The notes below the pieces were generated by a model. The model saw only the letters and a program-made list of their open reading frames with translations, did not search any database and was not told where the DNA came from. A DNA stretch of 63,335 bases, counting the filler, from Phoronis australis (Eukaryota; Animalia; Phoronida), in NCBI GenBank assembly GCA_002633005.1. It is 10 parts of 10 records of this genome, joined end to end, with 100 filler letters (N's around TTAATTAATTAA, not from the genome) between each part and the next. Parts side by side here need not be neighbours in the genome. Positions count along the whole stretch, not along the records: positions 6,257 to 32,670 come from NMRA01001285.1; 9 more parts are not named here. One strand, given 5' to 3'. The stretch's first letter is position 1; the number at the start of each line of letters is the position of its first letter. The position numbers and the translations under genes were made by a program. This document shows, piece after piece, positions 11,901 to 24,946 of this stretch.

Positions 11901-14257
11901 TCAGGTAGTCCTTGAGCTCATGCTCTGAATGTTTTGAAAATGCAACTCTTTCTTTACGCAGATACCGTTTTCTGCCGTGGGCTCCGACTCGCTGAATTCA
12001 TCAACCAAACATTTATTTTTGAAAATGCCCTCAAAAGTACTACTTTTTAAAACACCGTAATGACCATTGTCGCCAGTGACGAAAAGCAAAATGAACAAAT
12101 GTGTAATGGTTTAGTCCAGTTATTATTAATACATAATAACCTGGAAATAATTTGTTAAAAATTTCTTAAGAAGTAATAATTATGAGTATGTTTTCAGAAA
12201 ATGTATTTATTTGCTAAATTGAGTTTTAAATAGTTGCCTGAAACCTTTATGTGGATTGCAAGACCAAATCTCTATTCATGGAACAGACTCCCGGGGTGCT
12301 AGCACTTGTCACAATTATCGTACTGCCCTCTCCCTCCTCAGTCGCCACCACTTTCAAGAGGCACATAGAGCAGCGAATCAGGTGCCCCTGATTCGTGGAT
12401 GTCCCTAAGCTTATCTTGTTTAGGTCAGTGCTTTCCCCGGTTGCATTAGATTTTGAATCACCCCCACGAAGACGATCCATGTTTCGGACAGGGCCCCCAC
12501 CAGTAGCTTATTTAGCTAAATTGATAATAAGGAATGCATGCAATAATAAACGTGAATAAAAGTATACAAACAGCCCTGTCAGTACTCCCAAAAAGCACAC
12601 TCTCAGCCTATGCAAATTTGCTTTTTCGTTGTTCTCAAAGACTATTGGCTGTTCAATTGACACATAACAAAAAGGACTAGGTTTGTCACAATTCAATTTT
12701 AGACAGTTGTACCTATTGCTAACAGTTACAGATTCAATGGTGCATTGACTACACTAAGCATAATTATGCTGTGAAACAACGCTCTGACACAGACTGCACA
12801 CATGTAGATCTAAAATGTTGTAGGGGGGTAGCCAGAGCTTAGGAAGAAAATTGATAAAAGGTTCTACTAAGCGTCATGTCAGCAGTGTTCTTTCACAGTC
12901 ACATGTGTGCATAAGTGAATTACAGAGTGCGAGGAAGGGACAAAATTGTAATTTCACCAGTAACTACAGTTTGGAAAACAAATTGTTAACTAAAAAGATT
13001 TCATTATGGTGTATATTGTGAACGAGAATACAACATAAAACGAATAATAAAAATATGACATTTTGTACATTCGTACCCTCTCCCTAAGTTTATTAGATCC
13101 GGGCCATTGATAGCTGCTCGTGGAACTATGTCCGTCACAACGATAGCGCGTTCACAATGTGCTATTCAAGAGCTCCGGCGTTCTCACGCCACTTTAGTTT
13201 TTCCTCATGAGGGAGTGATAAACAATAACAGGAGTAGTGCAGGGTCATTACAGGTGAATTCACTTAATCCTCCATCGGTGTCGGAAGGGATGGTTTCATC
13301 CGATTCAGTTCTCGTGGAGTCAACAGGTGGGAGTGTCAATGCGTCAGTAGAGGATGACGGTTTTTTCGATTCCTTAGAAACTGTGCGTCGGGTAATATGC
13401 ATTACATGCCTATTAGAATTAACGGAACTGTTGCGTCTCAAGTGGTGACTCATTAGAATGTGCAAAACTCGGGGAGGGGGGGGGGGTGGCTATACAAGCA
13501 TGTTTTTTTTTATTTTCGTGCCAATCATGTAGTTGCCACTTCTCATTCAGCGTCACTTACTACCTAAGGTGGCCAGATCATACGCTATAAATATCACCAG
13601 AAGCTTTGCTTCTCAAAAGTGCACCTTGACGTATTTTCTATCATTTTTCTACATCGCAATGGCTTTACCAAAGATCCATGCAGATGTGACGCGTAGAGAC
13701 AAATACCTCTTTACCACGTATTCACATCTTCCCGTTCACAATTGTTTTATTTTACATAATTTGTCAATATATGGTTGAAAGAAAACATTTATTTTTGGAA
13801 CAAGGTGAACGACCAACTGATAGGGGCCTACGTGTACATGTAACTTTCCCAGATTTTAATGTAACCGATACATGAAAACAGAACGCGCTAAGCTACAATT
13901 GGCTGCACCCTCGACAGTGGTCATTCCGTGTTCCGTCTTATTTCGTGGAAATCGTAACCATAGTATAATTTCGAAGTTAAAGCCATCGAAGTCCGTGGGT
14001 TTAGGGCAAACCGGACCGTGAATTTGGCGTCTGTACTGCATGCAAGGGTCAATACTATGAAAAATAAAATCGCTGGAGTGAGAAATCTTCTCGGTGTAAC
14101 GAGACAACTCACTCACTAATCCATCATCATGACCGGGAAGCAACCAATCTTATACAACTCGTTAACGTCCCGAGTTAAATTAAAGAAAATGTAAAGAAAA
14201 CTTTCACGTTTTTCATCCAAATCTTGTTGCATTGTCCATAATAAAATGTTTACTAAT

Positions 14258-15507
14258 GCCCCTTACAAAAATGAACTTAAGTTTTCATCGAACAACTTAA
14301 AGTAGTTTAGAACACGTTTTTTGGAACGAACTTAAGTTTCCATCACTTAAGTTTTCAAAATCTTAAGTTTTTCAAAAACTTAAGTTCTGAAAACTTGAGT
14401 TATTCAAAAACTTAAGTTCTAGTAACTTAAGTTTTACAAAATACTTAAGTTTTTGAAAAAAAAAATGAAAACAAGTTTTTAGCAACAAACATAAGTCATC
14501 AAAACTTAAGTATTTGAAAACTAAGTTTTCCGAACATAAGTTTTCACGGAACTAACTTTTGAAAACTGAAGTTTTCTAAAATAAATAAGTTTCAATAGGA
14601 CAGACATTCAAAAATTTTGACTTTCACTAAAACAAGAGTGGAGTACAGTAACAAATTTAATGATTCTCATCAAGATTTAACAAACTAGACTTCTATTAAC
14701 AATGCATCAAGAGTGATTAAATGCAGAAAATATAATGCACTTCCTAAAATGCACTACTTCCATAGAATAAGTGAATATAAGTGAAATATCAAAATCTTAA
14801 AAACCAGAAACATTTCAAAAGTCAGTTCATCAAGTGTCATGCATACAATGCAGTGAAAACTAAATGAGGGTAATTATATATTCATTATTTGCATCGTTCT
14901 CAGTCTATAACACTTATGCGATAACTGAGGGAGCAAAATGGAATGTACAAACAGCGAAATCACTACCAAATCATGAAACACAACTAAAGAAAATGTGATT
15001 ACATAGCCAGGAAATACTATAACAAAAGTCTCCGTTTCAACTGCAGACTTTTTCAACTAAAATTACAGCAATGACACCAAGAACAGCAAATCACTTAATA
15101 TGCAAAATCCAAGAATATCCACAGAGACAAAAACATAACATCAAACGTAACAGGTAACTAAAAGTTTATCGACAATGGCCACAAGTTTGATTTTGGGAAC
15201 TACAATCCTTATGCTAGAAATAGTGCCTAGAATCACCTATAATTGTTTGCAACCTTAAAAACATCAATTTAAAAGTCAAAGTTTCGTTTTGTTGACAATC
15301 AAAATTACAGAAAATTCAATACACTCCACGGTGCGAATAAGTTTCACTAAAAGTAACCCTAAGTACAACAAAACTTAGACATTTGACCACAAAAAATATT
15401 TTTTTCCTTTAATTTAAAGCTACTGAACTTCATACACATATAGGGCCTTTCATACTAACATCGACGCGTTTTCGGCGAAAAAACTTAAGTTCATTTTTTT
15501 AAGGGGC
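14258..15507. mobile_element. Non-autonomous TIR element with a subterminal AACTTAAGTT array
   Basis: Left end GCCCCTTACAAAAATGAACTTAAGTTTT is inverted at the right end (AAAACTTAAGTTCATTTTTTTAAGGGGC). More than a dozen ACTTAAGT-like motifs lie in 14270-14590. No clear TSD. Confidence 0.7.
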
Positions 15508-15991
15508 CGCTTGCCTTCAACCTTCGAATTAGTGGTGTTACACAACCGACGTAAACTCATGTAAAAGAGACAGCAAAACTAGGTTAATTTATTTGATCCT
15601 GTGCTAAGACGAATGTGCATCGACACCCAAAGTGGTATGAGCCTGACAACCCATTACGCAACTGCTACTCTAGCCTAAAAATAGCAGCCGAATAGCTGGT
15701 CGGCTGATGGCCGCTCGGCTGAAAGGTAGGCTGAAGGGTCGGCTAGGGAAACGCCTAATGAGTCGGAATTGCGGTCAACCAATTTCCGAACGGGCGGACA
15801 AATCGTGATATGTGCTGTATATATTTGGATTACGATAAAAAACCAGGCTCGCAATTGAAAATAAAATTATATGACCATTTTTTTTCAAATATCAATCACG
15901 ACCAAGTTGAATTTTAAAATTAAAAACATAATTCTTTCGTCCAAAGAATAACCTCGTTTTGGAGCTCAATTTCAGTTCACTGGACAGAACA

Positions 15992-16427
15992 CAGAGGCGG
16001 ATTTAGAGGGGAGCCAAGGGGCCATGTCCCAGCCCGCCCCTAAAATTCTCCGGATTCCATTTGGCAGTTCNCATCAATAACACCCCGCCCTGTTGCAAGA
16101 TCTCATATCATTGTCTCAAGAAGCATTTTCAGTGGATGCCATAGTGAGGAGCCGGCCCCGGGGCCCGACATCCTCGGAGCAGCGGGCAAAGCGCAATTGT
16201 ATGCACGCAGGCGGCACGAAAGTTGCTGGCGCCGATGATGTATACCTTCTGCTCAGGAAATCTGCCGTTGGACTAAAAAATAAAACGTGTTTTCCAACCT
16301 AGTCCGCTACCGGTCCTAGCTCGAACTCGGCAGTATTTCCTCCCGCTTCAGGGTTTGCTGGATTATTTTGCTTGCGGCCGTTAAGGCGGGGGCCCCTGCC
16401 CCTCCTCCCTTACTAAATCCGCCTATT
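15992..16427. mobile_element. MITE of the CA(T/G)AGGCGGATTTAG family (hAT-like termini)
   Basis: TIRs cagaggcggatttag / ctaaatccgcctat with GC-rich subtermini. Relatives at 44003 (gap-truncated) and 51610. Confidence 0.7.
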
Positions 16428-18769
16428 ATTGTGTACTTTTTTCAAATTGTCACCTCTGTGGTCACAGGAGATTTGAACCGTTGGAGAGAAATTTTCAATC
16501 ACATAGGGAATTTTTGGGCCTAGTGGCTGGGAATTTCGTGCGATTTTTAAATATTTTTGAGAGGGGAGTAGGGCCGATATTTGGCCCCAAAATTGAGGGA
16601 TTGAAGGCCCTGTCCTTTTTGTAAAGAAAACTGCATCGCTCTTCAACCCATAATCATGAAAACACAGCCTGGCTAACGCCCCTCGGGCGATAATTTTACA
16701 AAGTCCACTGGGGCTCTAGATAACGGGGGGATAACGACTTTGCCATGTAATAATCTATATTTATCTCCCATGTAGCACAGAAACGAAATACAGCACACTG
16801 TACTTAATACGATTGACACGTTAAGTTCAAACCTCCAACACGAAAGCATTACTGAAACAACTGGGTGAAATGCCCGCACAGTTAAACATCATAAAGTTTT
16901 GGGGAATTAAAGATACCTTCGATTTACCTCCATCGCACACAAATTGGAAAAGCTTCTTCACAACACCTACTGTAAGTAGAAAGTCACGTTTAATTTTACC
17001 AAAACTGGTACTAGTCACTCACCCAAAACAGAACCTGTACATTGAAGATTCCGGTTAACGTGTTACACCACAAAATTTGAACTTCATTGGATATGGTTAT
17101 AGATGTTCTGTTTGTGGCTATACGGAATATGTTGCGAACGGGAACCTACGGACATTTCTAATAAACAGTCGCATAAACTCTGATTACTCCAATGTTGCCT
17201 CAACGACAAGTTTTAGTGAGAAACAGTTGCTGTAGAATGCGCTTGATTTTTACCGGGGAATAAAGCATCTTGCTGCTTCTAAGGTACACACTCAGGAATG
17301 TGGGTTAGTGTAGTTCGAACACTATATGTAACTGAAGAGCTCTAGGTGCATGTATACGTAGAAATATTTTGACTTAATGAGATTTGAGGCGAGCACGCGT
17401 GAAATAAAAAAAACTCGTTTCAACACTTTGTTGGGAGTGATATGTGATCAGTCAAATTGATTATAGACAAGCAGATAATTTACGATATGCATGAATATTT
17501 GAATCCCCATTTGCGTTGATGCACTTAGTGGCAGCAGACTAAATGTTCTATCGTGGTAATATAATTGTGGGTATTGAACATGTAGCGTTAAAATCAGGGC
17601 TTAATCATAGCTAGAATGATGCTGTGTCTAAGTGAACGAAATGCCATTTTAAAAATTTTAGGTATGTTTTACATTGCCAAAGTAATTTGATTGTTTCAAA
17701 ATCCTCTCCTTGGTTGCAGACCATTGGTACGGAACACACTGCCAAAAACCTCACTCGTGTGTCAGCTTTTCAATGAGAATTTCACTTCATTTCAGCACTA
17801 TCATTGGGTCATTGGTACAAGTTGCTTCCACACAACTGAAAATGAATATGTACCCCAATTACTGGACATTGTCCCTTTGTAAACATTTTTTTCACAACTT
17901 AGAATTCTCTTTATTCAATATAGGAGTATTCTTCCACCATTGATTGTTAATTACTTAGACTGTCATCTATTCTCAATGGATAAGTTTTGGGATCTCTAGC
18001 AGCACTTGCTGTGATGGCAAATTTTACTTAAGTACACCGTCTGTTGTCTGAGGTGTGTTAACTTGCACATTAGAGGAGTGTCACCTCCTTAAGAAAAGCA
18101 CGTAAAGCAGTGTTATTTTGGCAACCCATTTACTGTAGTCAATGCTTGCACAACGAAATGACCAATGGTAATTGTGGAGGCAAGAGTGGTTAACGTATTA
18201 CTAACTATTGAACATCAATATGCTAGTATTGGCCAGTGTATAACTGCGTATATGTTTTTTAATTATTGTCAGGTATTGGCAAACAGTCACCATCACTTAC
18301 CCTTGTGGCCTTATTCTTAAATGTAAATTCGATATGTTCACTGCAGAGAGTGTGAGAGCAGGAGGTATATTATTACATTTAATCAAATGCCTTTTTCCTG
18401 CAGTTTGTCACTTCAAATGTAATGAATGATTATGATTATTATATTAATCTGGAAAGTTTTTTTCAACTATTTCAATGTCGGAACATACTGGTCTAAAATG
18501 TTATCTTCTTGTTATGTTTTAGAAAGCATAACTTACGGTCTTAAGTGCGGTGTCAGGCAAACTTTTACTTTTTGATAGCAGTCATTAATGTTCCAAATTT
18601 GCTGCCAAGTCCGTGATTGGTTTGTAGTTTAGAACTGAACTGTATGTTATCGCGTACTATGTTGTGAAGCTAATATGTCTTAATACTTTATGACCTGTAT
18701 GCGCATGAGAACATTATGACAGAATTGAAACTTTGCAATATTCCTTTTGTACATGATGGCTATTTGCAG

Positions 18770-20486
18770 ATACCGAGTTGTTTAAAACGATAAGAGGAAA
18801 TGCTGAGGAACGTGGTAATTACCAAGAGTGTAAGTGATTTGATGAGCTTGTAAACTACTTGAAATAAAGTGTACCATCTGTTTATCATTTGATGTAAAAG
18901 TTTGAGAAAATGTTAGTTGAGGTTTTGATGTTCAATTGGTCTACACTTTTCTTTTAGTAGATGTCTACACTGGTAGAGCGCTGACATTGTGAGTATGTTA
19001 TTGGTTTCCATGTATAACAAACATTTGGATTCCATGTTTTCAAGAAATGTTTTAATCCATAAGTGGGACCTTTTGCATTATGCCCAAATTTGATGGTTAT
19101 TTTCACAGTGTAGTATCTCAGAAATCGCTGATCAGAGTCTTCTGAAAATTTGTCTTAGGGTATATGACTCACTACCTCACAAAAACTAAAACATTAATAA
19201 TTAGTTTTTTTTTTCCTTAAAACAGTCCCCCTTCTGCTCGAGGGGCCATCAAAATTTGAACCTTTTTAAAATTAAAACTCGAGAGTTCTTAAACGGAAAA
19301 AATCACGTTGTAACAAACTTAACTCCGTTTTTGATATGCCATCGTGATGTTTCATGTTAAGTTTTTGTAGCGTACCAGCAGATTGCCGACCAGACAATTC
19401 TCACAGGACATAATCATTCTGGTTTACAGAAAATATAATGGCAAATAGTAAATTTTTACAACAAACACTCATTGAAGTAATCAAGTACTCATATAAATTC
19501 AATATACCTACCTTTATTTTCTTTGCTAGGGTCAGTTGCTGCCTAAACAACACGTCTTCATTCATGATTAAGAATGCAAAAACTTGCACCCCCTGCACCA
19601 TGTATTGAATAAATGATGCAAAAATGTAGTTTTACAGATTTATTGATAACGTGTTTATAGAATTACTGCATTAGTTTGCTGACAGAGGTTGAATCAACCC
19701 GATAATTCTTTGCAGCCAATTACAGTCCTACACAATTAGACAGTAGAAGTTGTAAGTATGTTTCAGTTTATTTTATCTGAAAATCAGTTCAGCTACCTCC
19801 CTTCAAGATTTGCCGTTTGCTTTTGGTCTGTGATTCGGATTAAAAATTCTTTACATCAGGTTCACAATGATCCTAGTTTTTTGAAGAAATAAGAATGATT
19901 CTCTGTGATCCAATAGGACCTAAATAGTGATCGTAGAAATCATGGACATGTTCCGATTTTGAAGGATCCATGGTTTATAAAATGAAGTACCAAAAACAAT
20001 TATTTTTTCACAAGTGGTTTTGTTAAAGTCACTTTGAGTACCTGCTATATCTTCGATCTCCTTCTTATGGGAATGCGCGAAGTACCGCTTGCCTTTCGCT
20101 CTTTGTTATGTATAAGTTGACTGTAAACTCCTTATGGTTTTATGCATTACATGTTGTACCAGTGTAGAACAATTTTTTTAGAAGAGCTTATGCCTTAGGT
20201 CATGGCAGGTTATACAAAAATAGTTGATGTTTCATTTATTGTATGTATGAGAATTATGTATGCCTATAATAGGATAAGGGGTAATTCAAATGTTTTGTCA
20301 TGGTTAGCAATAATCTTAATATGTAAGTATAGTGGTTTTGGGTTTGATTGGTTCAAATGTTTGCCATGATAGTTGTTTTTGAAACAATACATGTTTTAAG
20401 GACAATTTAATTTAATTTCAGCTACGGACACCCTGGTTGATGAGCAGTTGGAAGATGGTGGAGGTTGGTCTTATACCACTAATTGA
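18770..20486 (+). other. Candidate micro-exon chain of an unidentified gene or pseudogene (18770-18829, 18961-18988, 19716-19751, 20422-20486)
   Basis: Each block has a pyrimidine-AG acceptor and a GTAAGT/GTGAGT donor. Three are phase-1 compatible and open (TELFKTIRGNAEERGNYQE / NYSPTQLDSRS / TDTLVDEQLEDGGGWSYTTN*). AATAAA at 20512 is followed by a GT-rich tract. The 28-nt block breaks phase. Confidence 0.35.
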
Positions 20487-20856
20487 TTAAATATTGTTGT
20501 TTATTAAGTGTAATAAACTACATTCATTTAATATGTGATGTTGTGTCTGTCCATCTATTTTGCACAGTTGCTTTCCATTTTGCTTAATAGACACATGGGT
20601 GCCCATTTCCACTGCTGGAGTTTCTTTCCCCAACTTCACTTTCTATCCCCAAACCTATGACTTTCTGTGTTAATTTAATCGTGCATTGTTCACATACAAA
20701 GAAGTCAAAACTGACACATTGAATTGGAGGCTATCTAACTGTGAATATTCAAAGTTGTAGCAAGTGCCATCTTGTAACTTCATGGAGAACTGTGTGTACA
20801 AGTATAATCAGGAAAAGAATCTGTCAGAATATTAACTGACAGTATTTTTAGTTGCA

Positions 20857-23354
20857 TTGTTACTCTGCGCGTGCAAGCGCAGAGTACTGTTGTTCCTGAG
20901 TTTTCTTCAATTTTATTCTTATTCTTATTACTTTGTGCGTGCAAGCGCAGAGTACTGTTGTTCCTGGGTTTTTTCAATTTTATTCTCCTTATTCTTATTA
21001 TTATTCTTATTCTTCTTCCGACCAACTTAATAACAAAATGGTTGAATGTATGTTCTTTAAATCTAATATATGAATTTAGGCAATCTATAAATTTTGATTC
21101 GTTATATATTCGTATTCAATAATGCACCAGAAAAGGTCATTTGGTGCAAAGGTAGTGTAATTTTCAAAATGCCAGTCATTCTTTATTTCAAAAGCTATTC
21201 TTTTCAAATTCGGTACACAGGTATAAGTCAATTAGGCAATTTAAAAAATTACTTTTCTAAGTAATCGGGTAATCCAATCAGTTGAAATATGTCAAAGGTA
21301 ATTAGGTGCGAACTAAAATTTCTCTAGACACTTCAAATTAACAGGTCTGATTGGTACAGGAAATTCAATTCGAAATCCAAAGATTCTGGTCATTTAGTGC
21401 AAACATGGGGTCATTAGGTGCATTTTTCTTCTGAAAATTTGAACTTTTCAATCAGCAAGTATTCTGATGTGTCAACCGTCAGATAACTGTGATTCTCAGC
21501 ATTAAACACGTTTTTCATGAGCTTTGCATTAATGCTTCTAAAGATGCTTATAATGCACCGGATAGGGTCAATTAGTGCAAAGGTCATGTAACGTTCAAAA
21601 TGTTGTATCTCTTACGTTTTTCAAGAAATTCTTTTCAATTTCAGCACACTTGGGTAAGTCAACATGCCAAATTAATGACCTACTTTACTTTGCAATAGGC
21701 CTAAACAACAGAAAAAATAGGTCAAAGGTCATTGAGTGCAAAACACAATTTCGAGCTAGATACTTCAAAATTACATATTTGTTTACTAAGTGCGATTGAG
21801 TTTGAATTCTAAATTTTCAGGTCATTTGGTGAAGCCTTGGGGTCATTAGGTGCATTTTTCTTCTGAAAGTTTGACCAATTCATTCATCTTGTATTCTGAA
21901 GTGCTTAAAGTACAACATCTGTGATTTTAGCATTAACACACTTTTAATCGAGTTAACAATTACTCCCTCATCGGGGCTCATAATGCACCGGAAGAGGTCA
22001 ATTAGTGGAAAGGTCATCAAAAAATTAAGGTGAAATTTCTTCTACAATATTAAAGAATTCTTTTTCATATTGGCAAATGGGTTGCTGTCAGTAACTTTAC
22101 ATAATAATTCCAGTTATATGCAAGCGCAGAGTTCGTTATTGTCATGCCGTGACACTAATCTTTCTAGTTCTTCTCATTCTTATTCTTCTTCCGACGAACT
22201 TTGACACTTAATAACTCCAAAATGGTTGCTGGTATTTTTTTCAAATTTAACATATGAATTAGACAGCATATAAATTTTGATTCATTATATATTCATATTC
22301 TACAATACACCGAAAGAGGTCATTTGGTGCAAAGGTCATGTAATATTCAACATTTTACTCCTTCTTTACTTTAAAAGCTATTATTTTCAAATTTGGTACA
22401 CAGGTATAAGTCAATAAGGCAATTTAAAAAAATACTATTCTAAGTAATCGGGTCATCCAATCAGGTTAAGCAGGTCAGAGGTCATTAGGTGCAAACTAAC
22501 ATTTTGAGCTTGACACTTCTTAGTCACAGGTTTGATTGGCACAAGTAATTCAATTCGGAATCCAAAGTTTCAGGTCATTTAGTGCAAACGTGGAGTCCTT
22601 AGGTGCATTTTTCTTCTGAAAATTTGACCTTTCATTCACCATGTATTCTGATGTGTCAAATGTTAGACAACTGTGATTCTCAGAATTAAACACATTTTCA
22701 TGGGTTTTGCAATAATTCAACTAAAGACGCTTATAATGCACCGGATAGGGTCAATTAGTGCAAAGGTCAGCTAACGTTCAAAATGTTATATCTCACGTTT
22801 TCAAGAATTTTTTTTCAATTTCAGCACACTGGGGTAAGTCAAAATGCCAACTGAACACCAAACTTTACTACGCTATAGGCCTAACCAATCAGAAAAAATA
22901 GGTCAAAGGTCATTGAGTGCAAACTAAACTTTTGAGCCAGAGACTTCAAAATTACATATCTGTTTAATAAATGCGATTGAATTTGAATTCCAAATTTTCA
23001 TGCCATTTGGTGCATCCATGGCGTCATTAGGTGCATGTTACTTCTGAAAGTTTGACCAATTGATTAATCTTGTATTCTGAAGTGCTTATAGAAAAACATC
23101 TGTGATTCTTAGCATCAACCACACGTTTAATTGAGTTTAGAATTTTTCCCTCATCGGGGCTCATAATGTACCGGAAGAGGTCAATTAGTGGAGAGGTTAT
23201 CAAAATATTAACATGTACTGTAATTTCTCCTACAATTCTAAAGAATTCCTTCTCATATTTCTAAATGTGTTGCTGTCAATAACTTCCCATACCAATACCA
23301 GTAATACGCACGCGCCTGGTCTACTATTGTCACGCCGTGACAATCTTTCTAGTT
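20857..23354 (+). mobile_element. Two tandem Helentron-associated non-autonomous elements (HINE/DINE-1-like)
   Basis: 5' stem-loop actctgcgc-gtgcaa-gcgcagagt, then a (TTCTTA)n-like microsatellite, internal ggtcatt(t/a)ggtgca repeats, 3' subterminal repeat tgcaagcgcagagt, hairpin tgtcatgccgtgaca, and CTAG|TT ends at 22167 and 23352. Units ~21000-22167 and ~22170-23352 are colinear. Confidence 0.8.
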
Positions 23355-23368
23355 TTGTTTTGTTAATC

Positions 23369-23995
23369 TGTTTGATGGGCTTGACCCCGAGGTACAGTGA
23401 TGATGTAATTTGTTTACTACAAAATAGTGTGGAACTTTCTAGAAGACTCTAGTGTGACAGTGATCAATGCAGTCTGGAATATTCTAGAGACTAGTACATG
23501 TTTGTAGAATGGTCGGGTAGATTCAGAAAGTTCTAGAATGAGCTTTAATTGATGAAAAGTTCCAGAACATTGCATTAGGTTATCAATACACAAGCACGGT
23601 TTGTGTTAGTCAGATCAAGTCAGTTCAAGAGAGATTAAGTCAGTTCAAGAAAGTTAATCAGGAGAATTACAGTTGAGTTGCACCGAAGGAGAATCAGCAG
23701 TTACAGCAATAGTCAATAGAGAGCCAGCTATAGAGACAGCAAGTTATTGAATCGACGAGTGTAACAGTTGCTGATAGTGTCTCAGAAGTCCATCACAAGT
23801 CAACGCTTTGCAGCACTGGCTGGAGCATAAACAGACATTACGTCGGCATTTTTCTTTGAGTAGGCTTGTAATCATACGGTCAGGATTAATGAAGGATTAA
23901 CTCGAACCAGTCTTCAGTCAATCGTCGCACCGAAAGCTATTAGCACCGGTCTGTAACAACCTGCGCCCACCCATACATGGCGAGCAAGCCAGGAG
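23369..23995 (+). mobile_element. 5' LTR (~23369-23977) and tRNA-Arg primer-binding site (23978-23995) of a Gypsy retrotransposon
   Basis: The LTR ends ...CCCATACA and is followed directly by TGGCGAGCAAGCCAGGAG, a 17/18 match to the complement of the metazoan tRNA-Arg(ACG) 3' end as I recall it. The LTR start is approximate. Confidence 0.75.
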
Positions 23996-24050
23996 CTTAC
24001 TGACGGTAACAAGGTGTGATAAAGTGGACTGTTGGGATTAGCGACTCACT

Positions 24051-24493
24051 ATGGAGACAAGATCTCAACTAAGGGAGTTGATGGCTCTCGGACAAGAAAT
24101 GGGTCTGCAGGGAGACGACATCAGACAGTTTGTGGAAAAACAACAAGCTGAGGCGCGTGCTGAGGCTGATGCTGAGACAAAGGAGAGAAGGCAAGCTGCT
24201 GAGGTGAGGAGAGAAAGCAAGCTCGTAAGGCTGAAGAAAGAAGGCAAGCCTGCGAAGCCGAACAGCAGATGGAGAGAGAAAGAATGGAACTTGTGAGGGT
24301 GCTAGCGGCACTCAAGGCTGAACAGGTAGCAGCTGAGGGTAGCTATGCTACACCAACATGGGGCGTGAAACCGAAGCTACCCAAGTTTGACGAAAAGCAG
24401 GATGAAATGGACAACTTCTTGGAAAGGTTTGAAAGATACGCAGAGAGCCAGAGTTGGACCCAGATTGAATGGGCAATTAGTCTCAGTCCCCTC
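24051..24493 (+). pseudogene. Frameshifted, truncated Gypsy (Gmr1/SCAN-type) gag
   Basis: METRSQLRELMALGQEMGLQG... coiled coil, then in a second frame PKLPKFDEKQDEMDNFLERFERYAESQSW...WAISLSPLL, a characteristic gag capsid N-terminal motif. It ends at the TTAA at 24494. Confidence 0.8.
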
Positions 24494-24787
24494 TTAAAGA
24501 AAGCGTCCAGCGGCTAAAACATTTTTTTGACACCAGAAATGCATGTATGTTTCATAAAAAATATTGATTTCGCTTCTTACATACGACGGAAAGTAATTAA
24601 TTGCAACTCAAAGTACACCGCTCATAATGTGTAGCCCCTTCGAGCGGCCCAGAAAAAAATCTCAACCTATCTGCGTAAAGTGGTTCATCTGACATGATCG
24701 TGGCCACGAATTTACTGGGGAGCCACATTGCGTAACAGCTGAGTGCCATTTCTCGGACGTTCTGCACTTGTCGATCTCTGGACTAAA

Positions 24788-24946
24788 ATGCCTCTTTGCG
24801 TGGTGTGCGGGTGTAACAATGTCAGCGGCAATGGGATACATTTGCACAACTACCACACCGATCACGTCGTGTGCCGTGCGTGGAATAGATCCGTATCCAC
24901 AACAAGTCCTTGCGACAGACTTCCCGATCGGCAAAATCTGATCTAG
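24788..24946 (+). pseudogene. THAP zinc-finger N-terminal remnant (left arm)
   Basis: MPLCVVCGCNN...IHLHNYHTDHVVCRAWNRSV fits the THAP pattern C-x4-C...H.FP.D...W..V. Confidence 0.65.

Noticed and set aside
13107-14143. Overlapping ORFs including a signal-peptide-like stretch (AILFFIVLTLACSTDA)
   Set aside because: No ATG start (a stop lies immediately upstream), no splice support and no recognisable family.
20780-21122. Hydrophobic and Arg/Ile-rich ORFs resembling membrane or basic peptides
   Set aside because: Translations of the HINE microsatellite.
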